Shown: positions 38,425 to 51,684 of the stretch, piece by piece | How the letters are laid out: every line of letters starts with the position of its first letter | Position numbering within the stretch: position 1 is the first letter of the stretch | Assembly (NCBI GenBank): GCA_030390025.1 | Contig: JASTWF010000363.1 | Location: forward strand, 186,001 to 250,000 | Length of the DNA: 64,000 nt | Direction of reading: 5' to 3' | From: Squalus acanthias | Lineage: Eukaryota | Program-made: the position numbers and the translations under genes | Notes under the pieces: model-generated | The model's database searches: none | Told to the model about the DNA's origin: nothing | The model's input: the letters and a program-made list of their open reading frames with translations, nothing else

Positions 38425-39570
38425 TTCATAAATAGAGGTATTGAGTACAAAAGTAGAGAAGTTATGCTGAACCTTTATAAAGCGCTAGTTAGGCCACAAC
38501 TGGAGTATTGCGTCCAGTTCTGGTCACCACACTTTAGGAAGGATGTGAAGGCCCTTGAGAGGGTGCAGAGGAGATATGTGATCAACAGCAGCATTTGTTC
38601 AGTCTACTTTTCTCTCTTTAATTACTGTTGTTTTTTCTCAACTTTTTATATTCCTGGCACAAAGCTACTATATTTAAGTAATTAATCTGATCTCAAGTCC
38701 TAGGAGGGGATCTTTTCACAGGAACTTTAAGTTCTTGACATAGTTTATCAGGCCAGCTAAGCGTCACACATTAGGAATACTGATCACATCGCGTTTAGCT
38801 GTGTTTTTAATACGGATCACTCTTCTTCATGATGAATATAATATTTTTAACATTTTCTTGCTGTTAACAGCTCTGCATTTTTCCATCATTTCAATCAACT
38901 CCAAGTCTTGAATGCTGCTCCCATAATGGGGGAAGCCCTTCCACTGTACCTGAATACTGGAAGTGGGGATTTTTTCATTCAAAGACTCTTTTCCTTGTTA
39001 CCTCTAATAATTTTATAATTTTTTGAAAATTTCAAAACTTAACAAAATATAAAATAGCAGACAGTCATCATATGTGAATGATAGAAAGTCATTGAATAAC
39101 CCTTAGCACCTTTGTACTTCATCTAGATTGCCAATTATGCACCTTGAACAGTATGCTTCTATTACAAAAATGATTGTTATTCCAGGGTCTGCATAGGTAA
39201 GCAGACCCTCTGAGCAATGGTTATGTGATGTAGTGGCTGCAAGACAACAGCGGCATTGAACATCAGAATTACAGAAAATGTGCCCAGCCTGAAAGCGATG
39301 TAATTTTCAGAAAATGCAGAAGATGAAGCACCTGGGTCCTGAAATTATACTGGGGGAAAGTCACATTGAATAATGAACACATTTGAAATTCCTCTTACTA
39401 TTTTAGCAGAGGTGCATTTCAGATGAATATACTAAGTATTTGTACCTTATTATTCCACAGTGTAATTTCAGAGCCTTCACATATTATATTATAAACAAAT
39501 GGAAATTGTATCCCTGCTGATTTCCTCTGAGCTTCATGATTGCTTCCTGTGTGATTTGCTACCTTTTTAA

Positions 39571-39681
<111 letters not shown>

Positions 39682-40469
39682 ATCAAGACTAAGACACATG
39701 CAATTACAAATGGGATGGATTACTTTAACTCAGCTTAATAGAGATCTGCTAATAATTATTCTGGTTATTATTAGGGGAGGGGGAAGAGAAGATGGGAGAG
39801 AGGGATGGGGCGAGGGCAGGAGAGGAAAAGGAGGGACAGGAATGGGACAAAGGGGCGGGGAAGGAGAGTGGGAGGCGATGGGGAGGGTGGATACAGGAAG
39901 GGGTGTTAGTAGGGACAGAAAGGGGGGTGGAGAGAGCAGTGGGAAAGGAATGGGGAGTAGATGGCGGGTGGGGAGGGGGTTGCGGAGAAAAAAACCAGGG
40001 AAATTCTCTCAGAGGAGGGGTGGGAGGTCAGGCTTCCAAATGCTCTCAGTGGAGGGAGGGAGAATTCTGGGGTACCATAATCTCTTAATGGGTTTGGGGT
40101 GGCTGGCACTTTCTGTAAGTGGGTTTTTAACTTGGAATGGCAGGTGGTAGGCTGAGCTGCTAAATGCTTAGCATGGGGGCAGGGGGAGATGGGAGGTTTG
40201 GTTGAGATACAAAAGGCATAAATTAGTTAGTAGTTTACAAAGCACAATTTATGTTACTCACAGTTGCTTTATAAACTGCCCTGTTAATTATTTCACTTCA
40301 GATTCTTGGAAACCACTATGCTGCACAGGCATCTTGGTGTAAATCCATGATGCCTCACAAAATTGATATATAGTAGGTGTTGCTGTCTTTTGGACCTGAT
40401 GTGTGACAATTATTTAGGTCTATCACAGTGACACCTACAGGCATAACAGGTATTGCAATGGGTTTTCTG

Positions 40470-40662
40470 AGTTACCAGATGGGTTTTTACGACAATCGAT
40501 AGTTTCATGGTTACCATTACTGACACTATTCCAGATTTATTGAATTAACTGAATTTAAGTTCCCTAGCTGCCGTAGTGGGATTTAAACTCATGTCTCTGG
40601 ATCATTAGTCCAGACCTACTGGATTACTAGCCCAGTGACATAACTACTATGCTACCGTTCCC
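40470..40662 (-). mobile_element. tRNA-headed SINE-like fragment
   Basis: The minus strand begins GGGAACGGTAGCATAGTAGTT (A-box-like) and has GAGTTTAAATCCC (B-box-like). Confidence 0.5.
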
Positions 40663-40819
40663 AATTCCCACTATGCTGCCGTTCTACTTTCACGTCTTAG
40701 TTTGTTGCTCACACCAGCTGCGGAGAGCCATGAATGCAGCCTGAGATGGAGAATGACCTTCTGATTCCCCCTGCCCAAGGGAGGAGCATCTAGCCTTTGC
40801 AGGGCAACTTACCATCCAG

Positions 40820-41270
40820 GAGAAAGCAGCCCGCTTGATTGGCACCCCATCTACCATCTTAAACATTTACTCACTCCACTACTAGTGTACCGTGGCTACA
40901 GTGTGTACCATCTACAAGATGCACTGCAGCAACTCGCCAAGGCTTCTTCGGCAGCACCTCCCAAACCCGCAACCTCTTCCACCTAGAAGGACAAGGGCAG
41001 CAGGCGCATGGGAACACCACCACCTCCAAGTTCCCCTCCAACTGACACACCATCCTGACTTAGAAGTATATCGCCGATCCTTCATCGTCGCTGGGTCAAA
41101 ATCCTGGAACTTCCTCCCTAACAGCACTGTGGGAGTACCTTCACCACACGGACTGCAGCGGTTCAAGAAGCCGGCTCACCACCACCTTCTCAAGGGCAAT
41201 TAGGGATGGGCAATAAATGCTGGCTTTACCAGTGATGCCCACATCCCATAAATAAATAACTTTTTTTTTA
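40820..41270 (+). mobile_element. CR1-clade second-family 3' end
   Basis: Reverse-complement homologue of 27350-27810. Contains AATAAA at 41212 and 41251. Confidence 0.82.
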
Positions 41271-42213
41271 AAAGTCCCCTTGAAAATGGTGACTGGTACA
41301 GGCAATGCCAACAGACTTCAGATTGAAGCATTGCTCTGAACGCCTTAGTCCAATGCTTACTTTTGAATGATGATTGGTAAGAAAGACAATGTCAATGGTC
41401 ATTTCTCTGTTTACAATGTTACAAATCGAGCTTTCTCCCCATACTTTCCAAATATGCTTAATGGGGAAAAATTAGGCTACCATATTTGAGTGTGCACTGC
41501 TTATAATCAAAACACACAAGGTATGTAGGATGTACGGTGTCCGGAATGAACAATAAACCGCTTTCCATTGGTACACTTGAAACAGTTGGGTTAACCCTTC
41601 CCCTGTTAAGCCCTGATCCCTGCAAAAGTGGCAGAAAACGTGCTGACAGACCATATAGTTCAGGCTCAAAACTGCTAATTACCATTTATTAAAAGACTGA
41701 AATAATACCGAAGTAAAATGGATCGAACTGCAGATTGATGATAGTAATAGAATACTTGATTTCTCACTGGTACTTTAAAACTGTTCCAAAATTATTAAAT
41801 TCCTGTAACCTTTTCAGTTCACTCCAGTAACTTTCATAACTTGGACGATGTGGCCATGATAAAAACTTATGTGAGAAAGACACTGTATTGAATCCTATAG
41901 TCTCCAGCTCATATAGTAATACAATGAGAATGGAACCAAATAACATAAACTGCCAATCCCAGTTATTTGTCTCTCTTTCATTTGCTCCAAGCTAGTATAA
42001 AGAAAGATAGGAAGCTCTCATTCACAGATGATAAAAACTGTCAGTCAAGCATAGATTTTAAAGTCACCTGGAATAGGCTGAAGAATAGGCCATTGACAAC
42101 CTAATTTTAAACAGTTTTATCAGCTAGGTGGTTTGCACCTTCCCACACTTGTTGAGCAATATAAATAGCTTGGTGCTAAAAGACCATAATCATAGAAGAC
42201 CATTTGACCCATT

Positions 42214-42850
42214 GGACTGAATCTTAACTCCCAAAAACGGGTGGGTTGGGGTCATGTCAGAAGTTAAAATGCAAAATATCTGGAATAGGAAAAGAACCCA
42301 CCACGAACCCGCCCACTTCCGGTTTTAACGGAGGCGGGACGAGGGGAGGGCGACCAATCGGCTCGCAGGAAGTGGGTTGGTCATTTAAATATTATAATGT
42401 AGCTGCCTGCCTCCATTTTAACAGTGATTCTATTTTTAACCACAGGCAGCCAGGTTTCCCAGGTCTTAGGAAACGCGGCAGCTGAAAGCAGGCGAGAAGG
42501 GTTGAATCTATGAGGAAAGTGCCTTTACAGCGCTGCTTGTGGGCCAGGAGGAGCAGGAGTGGTTTCTCCAGGCCTGACAAGCTACCCAGTAAACCTCCCA
42601 CCCCCACGATCTGTCTGCTCCATCCTGACCACCATCGGACCCCCCCGCCCAGACCCCCATCGGACACCCCCCAAAAATCAGGACCCCAAGACCAGCATTG
42701 GAACTCCCCCCCGCAATCGGGAACCCCCAACAATCTGGACACCCTCCAGTTATCCAGACGCACTGTCCCACCACCACCCCCCCCCCCCCCACTGTGATCA
42801 GGACTCCCCCCATCCCCCACGATCTGACTAATCTCACCATAACCCAATAT
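42214..42850. mobile_element. Probable Harbinger-type non-autonomous fragment
   Basis: Starts GGACTGAATCTT after ATT and shares GGAGGCGGG / CCCGCCCACTTCC subterminal motifs with the other family ends. No partner TIR was found. Confidence 0.45.
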
Positions 42851-42854
42851 CTTC

Positions 42855-43200
42855 CTCTGCGCCCAAAGCTGCACACAGTACTCTAATTGTGGTTTAACCA
42901 CTGTCTCATACAAATTTATCATTACTTCTTTCTCTTCTCGTCTATGTTCCAGTTTAGCAAACCTCAAAAGCTACTGACTTTTTATGGTTTTATCTATACG
43001 TAATCACACTGTCAGCGAATTATGTATTTAAACCACTAGGTTTCTGTATTCACCCACATCCTTCAGCATCTTTCCATTCAGTGTATATTACTTTCTTTTC
43101 CCTCCAAAATATATTACCTCACTTTTCTCCACGTTAAAGTGCACCTGCCATCTATCTGCCAACTCCACTAACCTGCATGTGTCCTCCTGAAGTACCTTAC
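42855..43200 (-). mobile_element. Old CR1 RT C-terminal remnant
   Basis: VMINLYETVVKPQLEYCVQLWA in ORF 42392-42967. Confidence 0.65.
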
Positions 43201-44318
43201 AGTCTTTTACAGTATAATGAAGAGATGCTAATTCTGAGACAAAGCACACCCAGCTAGCTTTTCAAAAACAAAGCTTTTTGAGATAGCATCTTTTCTCACA
43301 GTGGCAAAGTTGTGTGTGTGGATATATATGCGTGTGGATATATCACGTATCTGAAGTATATGATCCAAACTCTCACCACAATTCAATTTCAACCAATAGA
43401 TTGTATATTCTCTTCCAGAAAGCAGTTTCTGAAGGCTATTTTAAAAGGACAATACAAAAGTATTAATAGGTATGCTGCACCTATTTAAAAACTGATATTA
43501 AAATCTTTGCATAGGCATGTATTCACTTGCTGTCATGATATAGGCTCTGGTGGTATTGTGGTGTGAGTTTCTGAACTCCGGCCACCAATTTATTTTCATT
43601 GTGCATTTTTTTCTTCCATTTTTAGGGTGTTTGTAATCTGATTTTGGGGTTTTTTATCCAATAAACAGGAGACCTGGGATCCTCTTTCTTGTTTGCAGGC
43701 CTCCCTCTACCATCGGCACCCAATTTATGGCTGAGGCCTAGTTTTCCGTGGTGGTATAGTGGCTGACCTTGGGACTACCACCATAGGTCTCTGGTCCTCC
43801 CTCCCCGCCCCCCCATATGAAAATTTTAAATTTCTGACCCCACAATCATGATAACCTCAACCCCATGTCCACTGTCCTCTCTGTGACGCTTTCCTCTACC
43901 CCAAACCTATATACCCTTACCATAAACTTTACCCATCCTCCTATTAACCTGTACCAATCTTTTTGTCTGGGAGCCTTGTTCCCAGCAACTATTTTTCATA
44001 GTGGCTAAGCCACCAATGAAGTTTGGGAGCAAGAATTTTGATTTGAAGCAGTTCAATGTATTATACCATATAAATAGATAGTATTAGCTGTTTAAGTGCA
44101 TTCGCAAACTAAAAGGCACTTTTCAGCTAATGAGCCTTTTAGTTTTTTAAAGTTATCTTTACGGTCATTCGTACATAATAATCGGTCTTAGGGCTTTGAA
44201 AAGTAAAATGCCAGTGAATATCAGTGTGCAGCTGTAGGGGCAGGAAACAGCAGTGGCATATGTAGGAATGGGGTATAGATCAACTACACTAATGTTTTGT
44301 TGGTGTGCCTGCTGGTAT

Positions 44319-44628
44319 ATGAAGTTATAGTCGGACTGTGGATCTGTTAAATTCGTTTCGCTACCAGATCCAGAACATTGGGGGCAGCAATGCACAGGTA
44401 TTTGTAATATCTTTTCAGAATGACCTACTTCAGCTGAAATCAGACTTAGATATTAAACTAAACAGACTTCAGTCCTGAGATTAGACTGTGCAAGTAATAG
44501 CAACATTAGGAACAGGAGTAGGCCATTCAGTCCCTCGAGCCTGCTTCGCCATTCAATTAGGTTATAGCTGATCTGTACTTCAGCTGCATTTAACCGCCTT
44601 TGCTCCATATCCTTGATCGCTTTACTTA
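44319..44628 (+). pseudogene. Duplicated TTC38 fragment: 3' half of the 160-bp exon plus about 230 bp of the following intron
   Basis: Colinear with 20320-20630. Encodes SYSRTVDLLNSFRYQIQNIGGSNAQ with the GT donor retained at 44398, and has an in-frame TGA at 44320. Confidence 0.88.
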
Positions 44629-44814
44629 ACTGTGTGACAGTTATTCAGTAGGACAACATTGCATAACATTACCAGCAAGATACTGGTCACAAACTCGGGG
44701 GGCAGTTTCTTTGCCCTCTCTGGAAATAATTGTCAAAGTGACCTCCTCAAATGGAGTACACTATTTATATAGGTTGGCATTCTTTTTGCTGTTTGAAGGC
44801 CATCTTGTCATGTA

Positions 44815-45230
44815 TAAGTACAACTACAAAATGCATTTACATAGTACCTTTAATATTGTAAAACATCCCAAGGCGCGGAGATCTCAGAGGGTTGTAGGGC
44901 TGGAGGAGGTTACAGAGATAGGGAGGGGCGAGGCCATGGAGGGATTTGAAAACAAGGATCTGAATTTCAAAATTGAGGCATTGACAGACCAGGAGCCAAT
45001 GTAGGTCAGTGAGCACAGGGGTGATGGGTGAACGGGACTTGGTGCGAGTTAGGATATGGGCAGCAGAGCTTTGGATGAGCTCAAGGTTATGCAGGGTGGA
45101 AGTTGGGAGGCCAGCCAGGAGAGTATCGGAACAGTCAAGTCTAGAGGTAACAAAGGCATGGGTGAGGCATTCAGCTGCAGATGAGCTGAGGCGGGTCGGA
45201 GTCGGGCAATGTTACGGAGGTGGAAGTAGA
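44815..45230 (-). mobile_element. L2 3' fragment
   Basis: L2 tail plus FFYFHLRNIARLRP on the minus strand. Confidence 0.75.
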
Positions 45231-45465
45231 AGAATATTGGTATATTGAAAGCACAGAGCACTGACAATCTCATGCAGTTGCATAGCCTGCGATTTTGCCG
45301 GCGCTCAGAGGGCGGGTTTGGAGGTGGGTCAGGAATTAAATCCAAGATGATTGACGCCGGGTTGCGAACCCGCCTCCACGCGACTTTCCTAAGTGTTGGG
45401 TCTGCGACTCCTGATCAGACCCGACACCAAGCGGCGAGAGAGGTAGTTAAGGTAGTTAACAGCTT

Positions 45466-46452
45466 GTGAGACTTTCGCGAGAGGTAATCACAGACATCTG
45501 CACAATGCTGCACCAAGATCTGCAGCCCAGAGGAGCAGATGGACACTCCTTACCAGTGGCTGTCAAAGTCACCACCGCCCTCAACATCTTTGCGTCAGGG
45601 TCCTTCCAGGGATCATCTGCAGACATCAGCGGCATCTCCCAGTCGGCCGCACACAGATGAATAACGTAGGTTACCGATGCCCTGTTTTGCAAGTTGGCCA
45701 ATTACATCCACTTCTCAATGGATGAAGCAAGTGTAACCGCGCGGGCGGTTGGGTTTGCCAATATGGCAGGCTTCCCAAGGGTGCAGGGCGTCATCGACTG
45801 CACACATGTGGCCATCAGGGCACCCCATCACAACCCAGCTGTATTTGTGAACCGCAAGGGCTTCCACTCCCTTAATGTGCAGCTGATGTGTAACCACAGG
45901 AAGAACATTATGCATGTGTGCGCAAAGTTCCCTGGCAGCTGCCATGACTCGTACATCCTGCGCCAGTCTACTGTGCCTCAGCTCTTCAATCCGCCAACCC
46001 AACTTTCCGGATGGCTACTTGGAGACAAGGTCTATCCCCTGAAGACATGGCTAATAACACCTATGAGGAGGCCATCAAACGAAGCTGAGGAGCGTTACAA
46101 TGAGAGCCACATTTCCACCAGAAGCATCATAGAGCAAACCATAGGATTGCTCAAAATGCGCTTCAGATGCCTGGACAGATCTGGTGGAGCCCTACAGTAT
46201 TTACCAGCCAGGGTGTCCAGAATCATCGTGGTCTGCTGTGCCCTGCACAACATCGCACTGCAGTGTGGCTTGCCGCTGCCTGAGGAACAAGTGGCATAGC
46301 GCACAGCCTCCTCCTCAGAGAAGGAGGAAGTGCCAAATGAGGCTGCAGATGAGGAACACCTGGCGGAGGCGTCTGTCCCAGTGCTACCAGCACGCGACCT
46401 CATTGCTGGCCATGAAGCAAGGGATGGACTAATCCAAGCCAGATTCACGTAA
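45466..46452 (+). pseudogene. Harbinger (HARBI1-like) DDE transposase, N-terminally deleted, with three in-frame stops
   Basis: [54 protein letters not shown] and CCALHN. Confidence 0.9.
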
Positions 46453-46749
46453 CTTTACGTTGTACATACATGTGGTTGGCACATGCACATGAGGGTTGGC
46501 AGGACCTCCATTCCACACAATACAGCATCTGAACAATGAACTATGCATTCCTATCATTCTCCCCACCATCACTGCAGATGAAAGGCGCCCTCACCCCTCA
46601 CTGTGACACTTCCCATTCTGAGCACACATAGGGCAACGCACTGAATCATTGACATCGCATTACTTTAATACACTAGAAATAAAGATCACAAATGTAAATT
46701 GGTATACTATGAAATCACCCATGTGACTACCCTTGTGACTATTTGTGTT

Positions 46750-49700
46750 TTAGCTTTCTATTACGCGTGCTTCTACGTGGTGCTTCCCCTGTGGCTTCAG
46801 CAGATGTAGATGCAGCGTGCTCACTTCCCTGCTGCGCCTGAATAGACGCCTTTGGTGGTCATCCTCTGGGTTTGGAAGCCTTGGAGGGCTCCGCAACAGT
46901 CTGCTCCTCCTGCGGCTGTGCAGGGGCAGAGACGGCCATCTCAGTTGGGTGAGGCATCTGGGGCTCTGACACAGGGCTCCACAGTGGCATGGGAGTATGA
47001 GCGCTTGGAGAGGAGCCCTGACTTCCTTGTTGTTGACCACCACCATCCCTCTCATGGGTCACCCGCACTTCATTGCTAGCAAGTAGCTGGAGAGCACCTT
47101 GCTGCACATCAGTGGGGCCATGAGGACCCATTTCTGTGCTGACATTCCTCATAACAAGGACGTCCATGAACCTCTGCTTTCGCTCCTCAATAGATGCCCA
47201 TCTATCCTCCGTAGATGACCATTTATTTAGAAGTGTTACCATGTTGTCCTGAGTCTGCCGATTTATGTCCTCCATGGAGGTTGCCATCCTTTCCATGGTG
47301 GAACCTACATTCGCCAATGCGTGCTCCACGGCATTGCTCATGTTTGACATGGACTCATAGAATCATAGAAAGTTACAGCACGGAAGGAGTCCATTTTGAC
47401 CCATCGTGTCCGCGCCGGCCAACAAAGAGCTATCCAGTCTAATCCCACTTCCCAGCTCTAGGTCCGTAGCCCTGCAGGTTACAGCATCCCAAGTGCACAT
47501 CCAAGTACTTTTTAAATGTGGTTAGGTTTTCTGCCTCTACCACCCTTTCAGGCTGTGAGTTCCAGACCCCCACAACCCTCTGGGTGAAGAAATTTCCCCT
47601 CAAATCCCCTCTAAACCTTCCACCAATTACTTTAAATCGGTGTCCCCTGGTTTTTGACCCGTCTGCTAAGGGAAATAGGTCCTTTCTATCCGCTTTATCG
47701 AGGCCCCTCATAATTTTATACACCTCAATAAGGTCTCCCCTCAGCCTCCTCTGTTCCAAGGAAAACAAACCCAGCCTATCCAGTCTTTCCTCATAGCTAA
47801 GATTTTCTACTCCCAGCAACATCCTTGTAAATTTCCTCTGTACCCTCTCTAGTGCAATCACATCTTTCCTGTAATGTGGTGACCAGAACTGCACGCAGTA
47901 CTCTAGCTGAGGCCTAACTAGTGTTTTATACAGTTGAAGCATAACCCCCCTGCTCTTGTATTCTATGCCACGGCTAATAAAGGCAAGCATTCCGTATGCC
48001 TTTTTAACCACCTTATCTACCTGGCCTGCTACCTTCAGGGATCTGTGGACATGCACTCCAAGGTCCCTTTGTTCCTCTACACTACTCAGTGTCCTAACAT
48101 TTAATGTATTCCCTTTCCTTGTTAGCCCTCCCCAAATGCATTACCTCACACTTCTCCGGATTTAATTCCATTTGCCACTGTTCTGCCCACCTGACCAATT
48201 TATTGATATCTTCCTGCAGTCTACAGCTTCCTTCTTCAGTATCAACCACACAGCCAATTTTAGTATCATCTGCAAACTTCTTAATCATACCCCCTATATT
48301 CAAGTCTAGATCATTGATATATACCACAAAAAGCAAGGGACCTAGAACTGAGCCCTGCGGAACCCCACTGGAAACAGCCTTCCAGTCACAAAAACACCCA
48401 TCAACCATTATCCTCTGCTTCCTGCCTCCGAGCCAGTTTTGAATCCAACTTGACACTTTGCCCTGGATCCCATGGGCTTTTAACTTCATGACCAGTCTGC
48501 CATGTGGAACCTTATCAAAAGCCTTGCTAAAGTCCATATACACTACATCAAACGCACTACCCTCATCTACCCTCCTTGTTACCTCCTCAAAAGATTCAAT
48601 CAAGTTTGTCAGACACGACCTTCCCTTAACAAATCCGTGCTGACTATTCTTGATTAAACCGTGTCTTTCTAAATGAAGATTTATCCTGTCCTTCAGAATT
48701 CTTTCCAATAATTTTCCCACCACCGAGGTTAGGCTGACTGGCCTGTAATTTCTCGGTCTATCCTTTTCTCCCTTTTTGAACAAGGGTACCACATTAGCAG
48801 TCCTCCAGTACCACACCTGAAGCCAGAGAGGATTGGAAAATGATGATCAGGGCCTCTGCTATTTCCTCTTTTGTTTTGCTTAACAGCCTGGGATACATTT
48901 CATCCGGGCCTTGGGATTTATCCACTTTTAAAGCTGCTAAACCCCTTAATACTTCCTCTCTCACTATGTTTATTTCATCTAATATTTCACACTCCCCCTC
49001 CCTGATAGCAATGTCTGCTTTGCCCCTCTCCTTTGAGAAAACAGACGCAAAGTATTCATTCAGAACCCTACCGACGTCTCCCGCCTCCACACACAGATTA
49101 CCCTCATGATCTCGAATAGGCCCTACCCTTTCTTTAGTTATCCTCTTACTCTTAATATATTTATAAAACATCTCCATTCTCTGCACACTTGCAGTTATCG
49201 TGGTTGCAAACCCAGTCAGACCCTCCTGCACTTGTTCCTGAAGCTCCAACACCGCTCTCTTTCTGGATGGCTCCAGAGGCACAGCGACTACATGCAGCTG
49301 AGCAGAGCTAGGAGCACCCTGCTGCCTCCAACGAGGACTCTCCACTGCTGTCCCTGTCTCCACCATCTGCTCATGCTCACTTGTGAGCTGTGATACACCA
49401 GGTGACAACACTACTCTATCTCGCAAACTACCCACCGAGGTGTGCGTCTCTGCGCTGGTACTGGGTGCGCTCATTTCTGCTGACGCTGCTCCCTCAAAGG
49501 CTGCAGGTTCCTCTGAGGAGTCCTCCGGCTCTTCCTCATGGGCAGTGGGGAGGGGGGGCTCTCGATAGTCCTGTGGGGGAGTAAAGGCATGAGTTAGATA
49601 TGTGATATTTAGGTAGCAGACACATCCCATTGTGCAGATGATCATAACTCAATTTCTATGAGCATCAGATGCCATATCAGTCACTCATGAAAGCAAAATG

Positions 49701-50387
49701 ATAGAGTTGCAAATCAATTCTCCAGCTTGCTGTACTGTGCCCATCTCTCCGTCCCCCACTTCCAGCTCCTCTGCACCTCTGACGATCTCCAGAGCTGCCT
49801 CCTTAGCGTTCGTTAGATGCGCCAGGGATGATGGGCCTCCTCCTGTCCTCCCTCTCTCCCTCTTATTGTGGGCTCTCCTTTCCTGCAATGAGGAACACAA
49901 GTGGAGTTTCAGCGAGATTGATGGAGTGAGTGTAAAGAATGGATAACATAGATGTTTAGAGGGAGACAAAGATGGAGTGAGGTGCCAATACCAAGGTCCC
50001 TCCCTGTGCGTTGTTAGTTGTTGTGGTGGGTAAGGGTCCAAGGGATGTTAGGGTCAGTTGGGATGCAGGAGTAGGTTGCCAATGCAGAGTGATGGGGATG
50101 AGAAAAGATGGGAAGTAGATTGAAGGGAAGTGTGATGTTATACTCACTTTTGCTGAGCGCATTAGATCATTGAACCTTTTTCTACACTGCACCCAGGTGC
50201 GTGTACACACAGACCTTGCACTGACCTCCTCAGCAATTTGCAGCCAGGCTGCCTTTGTGTGCTGAGGAGGCTTCCTCCGTCCATCGGAAGGGAAGAGGAC
50301 CTCCTTTCGTCCTCTTACTCCCTCCACAAGAGCATGGAGGGAGTCATCATCAAAACGGGGAGCAGCCTTGGACCGTCGAGCTGCCAT
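46750..50387 (-). pseudogene. Harbinger Myb/SANT-like DNA-binding protein gene (spliced; last exon split by CR1)
   Basis: Exon 1 (50387-50148) reads MAARRSKAAPRFDDDSL...W..IAEEV...RTWVQCRKRFNDL with a gtgagt donor. Exon 2 starts at 49882 (ERRAHNKRERGRTGGGP). An acidic exon starts at about 49570 and resumes below 47356. Confidence 0.82.
47357..49171 (-). mobile_element. 5'-truncated, relatively young CR1 LINE
   Basis: ORFs 48094-48816 and 47439-48056 carry full RT motifs (PQGSVLGP, FADDTK), and there is a (CTATGATT)n tail at 47357. Confidence 0.94.
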
Positions 50388-50747
50388 GCCTGCAGCAACC
50401 AGCATTCGAAACCAGAAGAAAGCAAGTGAAAATCAAAGGGGACATGGCCCCCTTAAATATCCAGGCTCCTAGCGCGTCATCAAGCGCGAGCAGCCGACCC
50501 GCACCCATCGATTGGGCCGGCTAGCGCGCACGTCGGCCTTAATGAGGCCAATCTCGGGTAAAATCTTTAATGGAGGACGGCTACAACCGGGAGCGGGACT
50601 GGAACCCGCAGAACAACGAACCCGCCACCATCCCGCCTCCGGGCGGAAAACCCAGCCCATATTTTCAGTCGCACACTGGGTACTTCATTGTATAGGCAAT
50701 GCTAAATTCACTTCCAAGTATTCATTTTCTAAATACCTTTTGGAATT

Positions 50748-50972
50748 TTCACGCAAGGGTGGTGGAAATCTGAAATTCTTTCCCCCAAAAGACTGTGAAT
50801 GTTGTGTCAATTGAAATTTTCAAGACTGAGGTTGATAGGTTTTTGTTAGGTAAAGGTGTCAAGGAATATGGAACAAAGGTAGGTAAATGTAGTTGAGGTA
50901 CAGATCGGTCATGATCTAATTGAATGGCAAACAGGCTTGAGGGGCTGCATAGCCTACTCTTGTCCCTATGTT
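50748..50972 (+). mobile_element. CR1 3' end fragment
   Basis: TTCACGCAAGGGTGGTGGAAATCTG...TAGCCTACTCTTGTCCCTATGTT, the CR1 3' UTR. Confidence 0.75.
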
Positions 50973-51684
50973 TGCCTGGCACCATTTAGTGGTGTGCATT
51001 TGTAGACCACGTACCTGGTAAATGAAACTATCCAGTAAGTTTACCATGGCAGCTTCCTTAAGGTGCTCTATGTTTTTTCCACATCTTTTCCCAGGGCTTG
51101 CAGGTCATGTATATAGCACTGAGTGCTACTGCTACCTCCTACCAGGCATGCTGCTTTGCTGCCCTCTGGAAGGGTGGCAAACAGGGCAATTCTCCTTGTA
51201 CCTACTTGATGTAGTAGCACCTCCAGTTCGCCAGTCTCAAACAGGAAGTTCACTAGCCCACAGATTCAGCTTCCGGCACTGTATTTATTGGGTCTGCCAC
51301 TGGATATTGCCAGCTACTTTTTTGCCCCAAACAGCCTTTGGAAAAGCTGAAGTATGCATTACAAATATTTATCATCCTTTTAAAAGCTGGAACAATTTTT
51401 GTTCCTATGTGCAGCTAGTTACCTTTAAGTGACCATATCCCTTTAGAATTTCCCACCACCTTTTGTCAAACCCCTACCCCGCCCCAAACCCCACCCGCCA
51501 ACCCTCCACTGAGCTACCAACACCAGGCTTAATATGAATTGGGAGGTTTCCCCCTTTATTAAAATTTGACTGAACCCATAATTCCCAGCTGGATCAATAC
51601 TCATCCACTGGGTGGGTGCTAATCCCACTGTGCCATTTTCCACTGAATCCATATGTGGACCTGCAGTTGATGTAAGTCATATGG

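Larger units (their letters stand above)
36278..38575 (+). mobile_element. CR1 RT fragment interrupted by a Penelope-like element
   Basis: GSVLGP, FADDTK...AYGILGF up to 36699. It resumes at 38425 with FINRGIEYKSREVMLNLYKALVRPQLEYCVQFWSP. Confidence 0.9.
45285..50658. mobile_element. Decayed autonomous-type PIF/Harbinger transposon (transposase +, Myb/SANT -) containing a CR1 insertion
   Basis: Imperfect termini GCCTGCGATTTT / AAAACCCAGCCC with ATA on both flanks, enclosing two convergent genes. Confidence 0.82.
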
